Positions 30,272 through 45,462 of a stretch of DNA of 64,000 bases are shown in pieces. How positions within the stretch are numbered: position 1 is the stretch's first letter; every line of letters begins with the position of its first letter. The notes beneath the pieces are model-generated. The model was not told the origin of the DNA. It made no database searches and was given only the letters and a program-made list of their open reading frames with translations. The DNA is from the human T2T-CHM13v2.0 reference genome, Homo sapiens, in assembly GCF_009914755.1 (NCBI RefSeq), contig NC_060947.1; one strand, 5' to 3'. Both the position numbers and the translations under genes were made by a program.

Positions 30272-31644
30272 TATTTATTTTTTCTGCTTGCTTTACACTC
30301 AAATTGTTCTTGTTTTTTTTTTTTTTGGTTCCCTAAAGTAGCTCAGATTATTGATTTTAGAAATTTCTTTATTTTAAATATATACATTTAGTGCTATAAA
30401 TTTCCCTCTAACTCACACTTTTGCTGCATTCCACAAATTTTGATAAGTTGTATCTTCATTTCATTTACTTCAAAATATTATGAATTTCCTCTTGATACTT
30501 TTATGTGGCTTATGTGTTATTTATAAGCGTGTTGTTCAATCTACAGATATTTGCAGATTATTCAGGTCTTTCTGATATTCATTTCTAGTTTAGTTCCCTT
30601 ATAATATAAGAACATAGTTTGTATTGTATCTATTTCTTTTAATTTGTTGAGGTGTGTTTTATGGCCCAGAAAATGATCAATGATGGTGAATGTTCCAGGA
30701 AGCTTAAGAAGAACATATATTCTGTTGGTATTGGATGGAGAAATCTATAAATATCAATTAGCCCTCTTTTATTGACAGTCCTGTTACGTCAACTATATGC
30801 TTGCTGATATTCTACATGCTTAATCTATTAATATTGAGAGAGGGGTACTGAAGTTTCCAACTATAATAGTGAATTCATCTATATCTTCTTGAAGTTCTGT
30901 CAGCTTTTTCTTCGTGTATTGTAATGCTCTGTTATTAGGTGCATACACATTAAATATTGTTATGTCTTGCTAGAGAATTGACCTCTTTATAACTATACAA
31001 TTTCCCTCTTTATCCTTGATAACTTTCCTTGTTCTGAAGTCTGTTTTGTCTGAAATTCACATAGGAACTTTATCTTCTTTTCCTTAGTGTTATCATGCTA
31101 TATTGATATAGCTGGATTAACATATACCATGTTTGTTATTTTCTATTTGTTACACTTGTACCTTGTTTCTTTTTTGCCACTCTTTTTCAATGTTCTCTGG
31201 TTTTGAATATTTTTATGACTCCATTTTATTATTAGTTTTACTTTTAAAATTTTGGTAATTGATGTTTACAATACATATTCACAACTAATTAAGCCCACTT
31301 TTAATAACACTATTCCACTTTACATGTGGTGCAGCTACTTTATAAAAGGGTATTAGGAATTTTTTCCCTTCTATTCCATATTTTATTGCTATCATTCCTT
31401 TCATTTATTTATATGCTATTATCATTCAATATACTGCTACTTTCAGTCTTTTAAACAAAGTTATGTTTTTGATCAATTAAGACTAAGAAAAACAAAAGAT
31501 TTTATTTTACCTTCATTTCTTACTTCTCTAAGGCTTTTCCGTTGTTTATGTAGTTCCATATTTGTGACCTCTGTCATTTTCCTTCTGCTTATAGAAAATG
31601 TGTTAATTTTTTTGCAGGAAAACTCTGCTAGTGATAAATTCCCT

Positions 31645-32930
<1,286 letters not shown>

Positions 32931-32981
32931 CCTCCACTTTTGAAGTATAATTTCACTGGATATAGAATTCTAGTTTGTGGG

Positions 32982-33306
<325 letters not shown>

Positions 33307-35149
33307 AGAATTCTAGTATGTTGGGTTTTCTTTTTTTCTTTCAACACTTTAAATATTTCACTTCACTCCCTTCTGCTTTCATGGTCTTGGATCAGAAGTC
33401 TGCTGTAATTCTTATCATTTTTTTCTGTATACGTAAGATGGCTTCCTTCATCCCCACTCCCCAGGCTTTATTCAAGTTTTTTTTAATCTTTGTATTTTTG
33501 CTGTTTGAATATGATATGCCTATGTGTAGTCCTTTTCGTATATATTCTGAATGGTGTTCTCTGTACTTTCTGTATCTGTGGTTTGTTTTGTGTGTCATTA
33601 ATTTTGAAAAGTTCTAAGCCATTCTCCTTTATTCTGAATAAGCACATATGTTGATATTATTCTACAGTTCTTACATATTCTTTTTTATTAATATTTTTTC
33701 TTTTTCATTTCAGTACAGGAAGTTTCCACTGACTTATCTTCAAGCTCACTGATTCTTTCCCTGCCCTATTCAGTCTATTGATGAGACCATCAGGGGCATT
33801 CTTCATCTCTGTTTTAATGCTTCTAGCATTTACTTTAGATTTTCCATGTCTCTGCTTACATTAACATCTGTTCTTGCATGTTGTAGATTTTTTTTTTCAT
33901 TACATCCCTTAACATTTTAATCATGGTTATTTTCCAACGTCTCTGCCATATTTAAGTCTGGTTCTGATGCTTGCTTTTCTTTTCAGATTGCTTTTTTCCT
34001 GCCACTTGGCATACTATGCAATATTTTTTAAAGGCTAGATGTGTTGCATTAGGTAATAAGAGCTGTGGTAAGTAGGCTACTAGTGTGAGAATTTATGTTA
34101 ATTTACCTAGGAGTCAGTTTTTGTTTAATATTAGCTGTAGCTGTAGTTACCAGATGCTTCAGATTCTTCCAGTGTCTTATTTTTGTCACTGCTCTTGACT
34201 ATGGTATTCCCTAAGTATTCCTAAAATGAAGCTTGAGTCTTGCGGTTCTTTCAGCTGTAATATATTGTTATTATACTGGTAATCATGTCAAAGTGTGGAA
34301 AACTAGTCCTATATAATCTTCCACTTAATTCTCAGTCTTTTAGTGGCTATACATTTTGGCCTGTAACCTTTATAAATATTTTTTCTTGTATAGCTTAGTT
34401 TTTCTTCTATCTTCCACTTTAGATGAGACGCCTCTCTCACCTAAATACTAGAGGAGGCTAAATTGAAAAGAATGCCATCTTCTCAGGGCTCTGGGGCAAA
34501 GCTCCGTTAATTATTTTCCCCTGGAGAATAGGTCTTTGTTATGGAGAATGCCCTAGAAATGTTTCATAATGTTACCTTTCCTCTCCTCCTACCAGAGCCC
34601 TGCCATCTGTCTTGGTTCTTGGCAGTGAGAACATAGAAAACTTCCTGGAGGTAAAGTCCATGAAAGTGTGGGGGCATCCCTAAGACTGTGGCCCCCAGGA
34701 GTCTCTCATTTTCATGTTAGCCTACACTCAGTCTTCAGCAATTAGTTAAAATTACCATTTAGGTGTCCCTATCAATTTATGTATGGCTCTAGAGATTTAT
34801 GCTCCATTCAAGGAAATTACAGCTGGGACTCAATGAATTTGCTAGTCTTTCCAGATTTCAAAAGGGCAGTTTGCTCTGTGATTTTACTTCTCTTCTGGGT
34901 TGAAGAAAAGTCATTCATTTTCAGTTTGTTCAACTTTTTTCTTATTGTAAGAAGAGTACTGATTACTTCTAGATTATTTACTTGTTAGAGCTGAAACCAA
35001 CAAAAAGACGTTGTTCTTTGTATTTGAGTTTATTCTTTGATTAATTTGGCTTCAGCCCTCATTGTTTGTGGCATATCAGGGCCAATACAATTTATATTCT
35101 TTTCTTACTCCTCTTATCAAACAATGCCCTAATCCATGAACACTCACAC

Positions 35150-35643
35150 TGTATCAAGTAAGATTCATTTTAGCTGCTCATAATGAAAAAAACCTAAAGT
35201 AACAGATTTTAAGGTGATAGAAGCTGTTTCTGTCTCATGTAAAGGAGGTTTGGAGATAGGCATTCCAGGCCGGTATAGAGATACCTTGGGGACATAGAGA
35301 TTTAATTTCTTTATTTCTTCTATAACAGCCTTAACATGTAATTTCCAGTTCAGAATGGCTGCTGAATCTTCAGCCATTAACTTTCCTGTCAGGAGAAAGA
35401 AGACAGGAGGTTAAGGGAAAACAAGGGCATGCATCTGCCCATCTTTTAGAAACTTTCAAAATACTTTCATCCTATAACTTCTACATACATCTTAGTCTTA
35501 ATACCACACCTAACTGTAAGAGAACCTGGGAAATGAAATCTTTTTTGCTGAGTGCATTGGAATCCCAATTAAAACAATAGTTAAGACACTAAGCAAAGAG
35601 TAATAATGCATATTGAGTTGACAAATAATAGACCCTGTCAACA
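35150..35643 (-). mobile_element. MLT1J/L-like MaLR LTR
   Basis: tgtatcaagtaagattcattttagctgc...cacacctaactgtaagagaacctgggaaatg. Confidence 0.6.
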
Positions 35644-35787
35644 AGATTCAAAATCAATAGAAATTGAAAGCTAATAGCAATTTGACTCCAAGTTATCTTT
35701 CTAAAACCAAAATTAAAGTGAACACACACACACACAACAACTACATTTGACCTTGTTTTCATTGGCTGATGGAGTAAAAATTCACGA

Positions 35788-36183
35788 TGATACGGCTTTG
35801 ATGACTGGCGGAACGCCAGGGTCCTTGGTTTTGCACCGACTAAGATAAAACGAGACCATCCTGGCTAACACGATGAAACCCCGTCTCTACTGAAAATACA
35901 AAAAATTAGCCGGGCGTGGTGGCGGGTGTCTGTAGTCCCAGCTACTCAGGAGGCTGAGGCAGGAGAATGGCGTGAACCTGGGAGGCGGAGCTTGCAGTGA
36001 GCGGAGATTGTGCTACCGCACTCCAGCCTGGGTGACAGAGCGAGACTCTGCCTCAAACAAACAAACAAACAAAAAAGATAAAACGACACAGACACACGTG
36101 GAGTGGTTTTAACAAGCGGAGAGTTTAATAGGCAAGAAAGAAGGAAAAAGCTCCCCCATTAAGAGACAGAGGGAGGGGGACTT
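35788..36183 (-). mobile_element. ERV1 LTR fragment (LTR19-like), split by AluY
   Basis: tgatacggctttgatgactgg...gataaaacgacacagacacacgtggagtggtttt. Confidence 0.65.
35851..36074 (+). mobile_element. 5'-truncated AluY
   Basis: accatcctggctaacac, gaatggcgtgaacc and ggagcttgcag Y-diagnostics; (CAAA)n tail; TSD aagataaaacga. Confidence 0.93.
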
Positions 36184-38008
36184 CAATGAGTAAAACAAAT
36201 CACTGTTTAAAACAAATTTCTAATCAGATCTTGCTTTGTGTTTCTGGAGATGGAATAAATATATTCCTATGATGGTTCACTTTCACATACTGGCTTGATT
36301 ATTAGGCAACAACTGATGAACACAATTGTTGGATTTTTGGAAGAAGAGAAGAAGTGCCATGTGGGACCGCCAGTTTACTGAGAGGGAAAGTTGGGTTGGG
36401 GGAATCAAAGAAATAAGAAACAGCTATTTCAGCCTGAGCATTGTGCTTTTTATGTTTGATTCAACTACAGAAGTTACAAAGATAACGTTTCTTTTTTATC
36501 AACAAAGTGGGGTGAGACATCACCACTAGGCCGTTGTTGTCTAATTGTTAAATTCAGCTAGAGGTGAAGGCATCACAGTTCTGTTTCCAATAGTAGAAAC
36601 ATTAGTCTAAAATTGGTCAATTCCTCCACAAATTTTTGAAAAGTAACTATATAGCAAATTCCTAAAATAAGAACTCACTTGATAGGTTCAATACCTGAAT
36701 GTTTTTCTAATTTTCTATGTGATGCTACTTTAAATAAAACTGTAATTATGGGTTTAAACTTACACGTACTAAATTTTGAGACAAGTGATCAGGTTTAGGA
36801 CATCATCAGCATGTTTACCAGATGATTTTCTATAGTTTGTGTTTTAATTGAAGTGCTTTGACACTGAGAAAAAAAGGAGAGAAAACAGTAAGGATTTAAA
36901 TAATGTCAATTTCTACAGTTAAAAAAAACGCTAATGATTGAAATGGATGAGCTACTGACATTGCCATATTTAAAGTGTTTATAAATAATTTTACATACTA
37001 TATTGTGAAAATTATGACCTAATAAAATATAAACAAATTGATGATTTTTTCTGAAATCGAAAGAACTTAGGTTCAATCAGTTTCTTACACATCACTTATA
37101 CATCACTGTGATGTTCGAGATTTACTATGATATCCCTGAGGTCCTGTAACTAGATCACAAGGTGCCTTCTCAGTAATTAAAGAATATAAATTGTGTTCAG
37201 TGTTGCCTACAGTGAAATGTCATTTTGTTGAAAAGGGGTAATTCATATAAAGTATATATGTTAATTGTCAGTGAAATAGAAGAACAAATGAACTGAATCA
37301 TCCAATTAGCCACCCAGACAAATGAAGATTTATTTGGGTCAAATAAAGGTACTCAGCTCAGTTTGAGGAATCACTTAAAGGGAGTTTGCTTACTGTGGTG
37401 TAAACGAACATTTAATACTTTTAGAGGTGCCCGCCTGGGCTGATACCCAAGCTATCTCAGCAAGGTCCTATTTCTCTATTGCTTGACTCATATGACTAAA
37501 ATCTCTAAGAAGTAATTTCTCCTGAATTTACAGAATATGTATTATCATCTATGTTAAAGCAAGGTTTTTAAAAACGGAGTTAAGATTTTCATTTCCTTCA
37601 TTATATTATCCTGTTTTTTTAAGCATCTGTCAGCCTGTGTAAAGCAGGGAAAATGGTGTAGTATTTTAAAATGTATGTAGGACTAAATGTAAAATCAAAT
37701 AATATCCCTTTATAGCCAACTGTTATGATAATCTCTTTACAGCCAACTGACTGTTATGGTAATGTCTCAAACTCTAAATAAATAAACAAACTAAAAGCAA
37801 ATAAACATAGCATGAATGATTGATTGCAAATGGAAAATAATTTTTAACAAATTGACAAAACAATGCAGTTTAGGGAATTATCTTCTTTCATCTTCCTCAG
37901 AATTTATAGGTTGACAAAGAGTGATTACTTTCATGATTGAGTTATATAAAATAATTTTACCAGTCTTTGTACAAATCAAAAACTTGTCATCCCTCAGACT
38001 CACAGTGC

Positions 38009-38311
<303 letters not shown>

Positions 38312-38385
38312 CATAGTACTTTTTAAAAATAAATATGTTATTCCAGAATCAATTCAAGTACTATGAGATCTCTTACTTTTCTGGC

Positions 38386-38770
38386 TGCTATGGACTGAAT
38401 TTTGCTCCCCGAAAATTTATATGTTGAAGTCCTAACCTACAATGTGATGGTATTTGGAGATGGGGTTTTTGAGAAGTAATTAGGTCAAAAGGAAATCACT
38501 AGGATGGGGTCCTCATAATGGGATTAGTGCCCTTATAAGAAGAGACAAGACAGCACTCTTTCCCTCTCTCCTTCTCTCTCCAAACCTCTCCCTCTCTTTT
38601 TGCCATGTGAGGACATGGCAAGATGATGGCCATCTGCAAACCAGGAAGAGGACTCTCACTAGGAGCCAAATAAGCTGATACCTTTATCATGGAGTTCCCA
38701 GCCTCCAGAACTGTGAGAAATAAAGCTTTCCTCTTCCCTGGTTCTCCCACTTTTTTGTTTAAGCCATCAG
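38386..38770 (+). mobile_element. MLT1A-like MaLR LTR
   Basis: tgctatggactgaat...ccagcctccagaactgtgagaaataaa; 3' end truncated. Confidence 0.85.
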
Positions 38771-38872
38771 GATTAACAGGAAAGCCCTATGAGATGATTG
38801 TTCTTCCCTGGAGAAAATGGATAAAATATAGAAATCCTACTGTATCTGATAGGTTCGTCTCATTTTCCACAG

Positions 38873-40241
38873 TTCCTGTTGATCCTTCTTGGACCAGTAC
38901 AATAGACATTCTAGCTGAGTGTCCTCCAGAGTTTCAGAAATTGGTCAGTATAGGAACTTAATTAACTCTAAGGGCTCCCTATTCCTGAAGCTGAATGTTT
39001 ATCTCTTATTTTTTAGTTCAACTAATAATGTGTAAACCTACACTGTCCTACCTAATTCTTCAGAAAAGGTTATAAAATGAGTAGCACATTGTAGAAGAGC
39101 TCATATCAGAGGCTGATATGGGCAGTTGGTATAAGGTAGAATGAAACCTGCACAATACTGTTCACTATAGCCATGGCTGGAATCAGAGTTCAAGTTGAGA
39201 TTATGTGAGGTGACACAAAAGAGATGACTGACACTACCATGCCCTCCATTAAGTGGAATAAATCTTGAAGTTGATGGCCAGTCACAATCTTTATGATAGT
39301 CTTAATACAGAAAGGTTAGTGGAAGAAGGTTAGTATCTGCTTGCTATTACTGATTTGGAGGCATAATTGATATTCATCCCCATCCTTCAGCATGTCACTT
39401 TACATGGTGATTAACAGTAAATAAGAGGGTGCATTTTCCAAACTCTTACCAATAATAGATATTGCTAGTAAAAACAAAAGTTACAATATCAGATGAAAAA
39501 TTGAATCTTGTTCCTTTAATTTTGTTGCTTGATTTACATTGAATTTAAGCATATTTTACAGTGTCCTTTTACATTTCTTCATTTTTGAGGAATATATTCT
39601 TTTTTTTCTTATTTTTCTGTTGAACCTTCCTGTAAATTGTGTTGATTTTTAAAAGCTCAGGTACTAAGTTATACTGTAAGTCTGGAAAATGTGAATCACT
39701 CTTGGGAAACAGATGTGGGGCAATGGCAGTTTCATATTGGCTTTTAAATTGTACTGAATAGGTTGTTACTTATTCCTCTGCACTAATTGTAAAATAGACT
39801 GATATAATGAACCAGTTTGAATCACTAAACTTGAGCTTTAACCTGGGATTATGGTGAGTAGGTCATTCTGCCTACAAAAATTAAAAGAAGGGTACTTTTA
39901 AAGTGTATGCTATATTGATATTTCTGGATTCAGGTGTCATTAATTATTTGAACATATTTTCTAGCTCTGTTTAGATAATAGTGTGTGAATGAGATATGCT
40001 CATGCCCATTACTCTAATTTTCCCAATTGGTTATTACCAAGGTAGGGTATCAATTGAGTTTGCAGGTTTATCAGTCACTTGCAGCACTGTTTATATTATG
40101 TTGGCTTCCTTAAAACTCATGTCATGGAACCAATTTAATTTTCTACTCAAGAGCGCTGTTTAATTTACATTCAGTGTGTTCTGTTGTTTGAGATTTAGGC
40201 TTTTTCAGAACATAGTTTTAGCAGAACACTTCCTGAGGCAG
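38873..40241 (+). pseudogene. Candidate cluster of 4-5 small exons of an unidentified decayed gene
   Basis: GT-AG bounded segments 38873-38943, 39064-39135, 39798-39853, (39982-40041), 40199-40241 join in one frame with 2-3 stops; non-repeat DNA. Confidence 0.35.
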
Positions 40242-40334
40242 GTAATAAATTCTAAGTTGCAGAATGTCACTGAAGAAATTTATACAAGTGCCTGTTCATT
40301 AACTAAGCTCATTATGTAAATTAGCTTTTGAGTG

Positions 40335-40515
40335 GAGGTTACAGAAAGGCAAGTTTTGGTTCAAAACAAAGAATATTTAATAATTTTTACTGCTTAAAAT
40401 TGGAGAACATTATTTCAAGATAGTGAGTTCTTAGTCATTATCAGTGTTAAATGTCCAGAGACTCAATTGTTTTAGAGGGAGACCCTGCTAGGAGTGAGGA
40501 TTGACTGACTCTCTG
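40335..40515 (+). mobile_element. L3/CR1 LINE relic
   Basis: gttacagaaaggcaagttttggttcaaaacaaag...gatagtgagttc. Confidence 0.5.
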
Positions 40516-40519
40516 GTGT

Positions 40520-41360
40520 CTGTATAAGGATGGTCTAGGTTCAGCCACATTAACAAATAACCCTAAAGGAGGTTTAGAACAACCACATTTTCTCATATGC
40601 TAAAATCCAAAGAAGTTGAGAGGTGGAGCACAGCTGGCTCTGCTCATTCCCCTTGCTTCAGGACTCAGTTTGACAGAGGCTTCATCTTGAAATGAGCTTC
40701 TGTTCTTACTAGTGTATAGAAAAAGAAAGGTGGTGAACAAAATAATGGCTCTTAAAGGTTTCTCCCGTAAATGACACTCTATTTTTTTGGCCAAATATTA
40801 TTCAGCCTTGAAAAAGGAGGAGATCCTTTCATTTGCCACCACATGGATGGACCTGGAGAACATTATGTTAAGTGAAATAAGCCAGAAAGAAAAAGATGGC
40901 ATGATCTCAAAAAAGGTCAAATATATAGATAGAAAATAAAATAGTGGTTAGTAGGGTCAGGGAGGGGGTGGAAGGATGAGAATGGGGAGATGTAGATCAA
41001 AGGATACAAACTGGCAAATATGTAGGGGAAACAAGTTGAAAGATCTAATGTACTAACTATATCTAATAGTAGTGTATTATATTCAAGATTTTTTTCTAAA
41101 TGAATAGATTATAGCTGCTCATGCCATGGGGGTGGATGGGTAACTATGGGAGATGATGGATATGTTAATTAGTTCCACTACAGTAACCATTTTACTGTAC
41201 ACATATGTTTCATAACATCATATTGTATACCTTAAATATGCACAGTAAAATTTATTTTAAAAAAGACAAACAAATAAAAACACATCGCTTAACTTCAACA
41301 GCTGCGAGTGCCATCCTACCACATTCCCATACGGAAACCAGATTTGTGAACAGCTCTACA
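40520..41360 (-). mobile_element. MLT1K-like MaLR LTR, split by an L1 3' end
   Basis: aggatggtctaggttcagccacattaacaaataaccc; resumes at cacatcgcttaacttcaa...gtgccatcctacca. Confidence 0.6.
40793..41280 (+). mobile_element. L1MA7/8-like 3' end
   Basis: catggatggacctggagaacattatgttaagtgaaataagcc; A-rich tail. Confidence 0.85.
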
Positions 41361-41593
41361 AGCAACCAGAGTCTCCAATTGTCATTCATTTGTGAAATGA
41401 CTTTGAGTCCAAATAGCAGAAAGCCAATTATAGGATATGGAAATAGATCCTCCTTTAATACAGCAGACTCAACTTTTCTGCATTCTCTGTGCCTTTGAAA
41501 GGGTTTCATAAAAGCAAACAGTAAGTACAAACAAAAATTGAATGACTGTGGTTTATTGCCATATATCATATCTGCATGAATATTGCCTTTTAA

Positions 41594-44500
41594 ATTTTTT
41601 ATTTAAAATTGTTATGGATACATAGTAGCTGTACATATTTATGAGGTACTAGATATTTCAATACAAGCATACAATGTATAATGATCAAATCAGAATAATT
41701 GAAGTATCTACTACCTCAAGCATTTATCATTTCTTTGTATTAGGAACATTCCAATTCCATTCTTTTAGTTATTTTGAAAATTACAGTAAATTATTGTTAA
41801 CTGTACTTGCCCTATTATGCTACTGAACACTGGATCTTATTTCTTCTATCTGTATTTTTGTGTCCATTAACCATCTCCTCTTTATCTCCCTCTCCCCACT
41901 ACCCTTCCCAGCTTCTGGTAACCAACATTCTACAGCATAAGTCCATGAGTTCATTTTTTTTTTTTAACTCCCACATATTATGGAGAAAGTGCAAAGTTTC
42001 TCTTTCTGTGCCTGGCTTATTTCACTTAACGTAATGACCTCCAGTTCCATCCATGTTATTAAAAATGACAGGATTTCATTCTTTTTTATGGCTGAATAGT
42101 ACTCCATTGTGTATTTGTACCACATTTACTTTAACCATTCATCCGTTGATGTTTGATTCCATATCTCGGCTATTGTGAATAGTGCTGCAATAAACATGGA
42201 AATGCAGATATTACTTTGATATACTAATTTCCTTTCTCAGTGGGATTGCTGGATCATATAGTAGCTCTATTTTTACTTTTTAAAAAAATTTTGAGGAATC
42301 TCCATACTGTTTTCCATAGTGGCTGTACTAATTTACATTCCCACCAACAGTATGTAAGGGGTTCCCCTTTCTCCACATTCCCCACAGAATTTGTTGTTGC
42401 CTGTTTTTTGGATAAAAGCCTTTTATTTCTTTAGAGACAGGGTCTTCCTGTGTTGCCTCGACTGAATTCAAACTCGTGGATTCAAGTGATCCTCTCACCT
42501 TCACCTCCAGAGTAGCTAGGACAGTGCCTCGCCTAAAAAGCTATTTAACTGGAATGAGATTATAGCTCATTGTAGTTTTGATTTGCATTTCTCTGGGGAT
42601 TAGTGATGTTGAGGTTTTTTATATACCTGTTGGGCATTTGCATGTCTCCTTTTGAGAAATGTTTATTCATATTTTTTGCAAATTTTTAAGTTGGATTATT
42701 TGGTTTTATTCTTATTGTGTTGTTTGAGCTCCTTATATATTCTAGTTATTAATCCCGTCTCAGATTAGTAGTTAGCAAATGTTTTCTCCCATTCTGTAGA
42801 TTCTCTTTTCACTTTGTTAATTGTTTCCTTTGCTGTGAAGTAGCTTTTTATCTTGGTGTGATATCATTTATCCATTTGTGCTTTGATTGCCTGTGCTTTT
42901 AATGTCTTACTCAAGAAATCTTTGCCCAGGCCAATGTGCAGGAGTGTTTGTTCAATGTTTTCTTCTAATAGTTTTATAATTTGGGGTCTTACATTTCAGT
43001 CTTTATTTTTTATTTGATTTTTGTATATGATGAGAGATGGGATTCAGCTTCATCCTTCTGCATGTGGATATCCAGTTTTTTCTACACAATTTATTGAAGA
43101 TGCTGTTCTTTCCTCAGTGTATGTTTTTGGCGCTTTTGTGAAAAATGAGCTGACTATAAATGCATGAATCTATTTTGGAGTTCTCTGTTCTATTTCCTTG
43201 GTCCCTGTGTCTGTTTTTATGCCAGTACCATGTTGTTTCGGTTACTGTAGCTTTATAATATAATTTGAAGCCAGGTAATGTGATTCCTCCAGTTTAGTTC
43301 TTCTTGCTTAGGATAGCTTTGGCTATTTTGGGTCTTTTGTGGCTCCACATAAATTATAGGATTGCTTTTTCTATTTTTGTGAAGAACATTATTTTGATAG
43401 AGATTGCATTGGATCTGTAGATTCTTTTGGGCTGTATAAACATTTTAACAACATTGATTCTTCTAACCCATGAACATGGAATATCTTTCCATTTTGTTGT
43501 TATGTCTTTAATTTCTTTCATCAACGTTTTATAGTTTTCATTGTAGAGATATTTCACTTCTTCGGTTAATTCCTAAGTATTTAATTTCATTTGCAGCTAT
43601 TGTGAATGGGATTACTTTCTTGGTTTCTTTTTCAGATGGTTTGTTTATGGCATACAGAAATGCTACTGTTTTTTTTGTGTGGATTTTTTATCCTGAAACT
43701 CTACTGAATTTGTTTATCAGTTCTAACAGTTGTGTGGTGGAATCTTTAGGTTTTTCTAAATATGAAATCAGATCATCTGCCAACAAGGCTAATTTGACTT
43801 CATTTCTAATTTGGATGTCCTTTATTTCTTTCTCTTTTCTAATTTCTCTAGCTAGGACTTCTAGTACTATGTTGAATAAAAGTGATGAAAGTGGGCATCC
43901 TGGTCTTGTTCCAGATCTTAGAGAAAATGCTTTCAGTTTTTTTTTCCTATGCAGTGTGATACTTTCTGTGGATTTTTCTTATATGGTTTTTATGATGTTC
44001 AGGTATGTTCCTTCTATACCCAGTTTTTTGAGAGTTTTTATCATGAAGGGATGTTAAGTTTTATTGAATACTTTTTCTACATCTAATGAAATGATCATAT
44101 AGGTTTGTCCTTCATTCTGTTGATATGATGAATCACATTTATTAATTTATGTATTTTAAACCATGCTTGCACCTCTGGGGTGAATCTCACTTGATCAAGA
44201 TGAATGATCTTTTAAATGTGTTGTTGAGTTCTATTTACTAGTATGTTGTTGAGGATTTTTACATCTATGTTCATCAGAGATGTTGGCCTGTAGTTTTGTT
44301 GTTGTTGTGTCTTCATCTGGTTTTGTTATCTGGGTATTACATCTGTCTTGTAGAATAAGATTGGAAGCATTTCCTTTGCCTCAATTTTTTGGAATAGTTT
44401 AAACTGGATTGGTATTAGTTCATCTTTAAATGTTTGGTATAATTCAGCAGTGGAGTTGGTGAAACGCTGGTATGGACACTCCTGTGGCCAACACAGCTGG

Positions 44501-45462
44501 CACTCCACATTGCTGCACCTGAAGCTTTGCAGACCAGCACAATACTGGCCTGTGGCCACTGCTGCCTGGCTGCTGCTGCTGTTTATTCAAAGTCCAAGAC
44601 CACTTTAGTCAGTGGATGGTAAATTCTTCTGAAACTGGGTGCATCTCATCAAGGCAATGGATTCCTTTCTGGCCACAGTGGGTCTGAAAATGCTGTCCAG
44701 GAGCAAAGATCTGGACTCTGGAGCTTCAGGAATATGCCTGCTGCTTTTTATTACTATTACTATGGTACCCAGGTTGCAAGACAAAGTTATCTGTATTCTT
44801 CCTTCTCCTTTCCCCAAGTGGAAGGAGTCTCTCTCAGAGCTGTACTGTCTGGAGTTGGTGGAGGGGCGATGCAGGCACTCCTTTGCCTGACACAGCTGGT
44901 GTCACTCTGGGTCATGCACCAAGTCCACTGCCTCCAAGACTGTTGTAGCATCAGGGCTTGCCCTAGGACTGCAGTCCTTCTAACCTGACTGCCACTCAAA
45001 TTTATTCCAAGCCCCAGGTCACTTTAGTCAGCTGGTGGTGAAGCCAGCCAGAACTGTTTCCTCCTGCTGGGGCTGGGAATTTCTAGCCCAGGGCTGGTCT
45101 AAATGCTCCCTTCATGGGTGCGAGCAGAATTCTTCTCTGTATTGTGTTACACTGTGACAGGACAGCACTGAGTTCCAAAGGTCCACTCTCACTTTGGTCT
45201 TTCTTGCCTAAGTACACAGATTCTGTCTTCATGCTATACTACATGGGGTTCAGGGAGGGGTGCTGTAGGCAATGCAAGACTGTCTTTTCTACCCTCTTCA
45301 ATGACTCTTTCCTTGATAATATAGTCAAACCAAGTACTGTGGTTGTCACCTATTTTGGTTTCTATGAAGGTGCTTTCTTGCATGAATAGTTGCTCAATTT
45401 GGTCATCCTGAGGGGAAATGATCACTGAAGGGCTATATTCAGTCGTCTTGCTCCAGCTCCCA
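41594..45462 (-). mobile_element. L1MA-type LINE with both termini but a large internal deletion
   Basis: 3' UTR, ORF2 remnant to about 44455, then GC-richer 5' UTR; TSD aatattgcct at 41579 and 45463. Confidence 0.88.
42422..42534 (-). mobile_element. FLAM-like Alu monomer
   Basis: agagacagggtctt...tcaagtgatcctctcacc...gtagctaggac; TSD-like taaaagcc/taaaaagct. Confidence 0.75.

Noticed and set aside
39102-39120. catatcag-agg-ctgatatg hairpin
   Set aside because: An 8-bp stem is expected by chance in 64 kb
39064-39135. Idea that in-frame TAA/TAG/TGA codons are read as Gln/Arg through recoding or editing
   Set aside because: No such system is known in primate nuclear genes; ordinary C-to-T decay or chance explains them
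43602-44057. 151-aa hydrophobic ORF and similar F/L/I-rich ORFs
   Set aside because: Antisense translations of A-rich L1 ORF2
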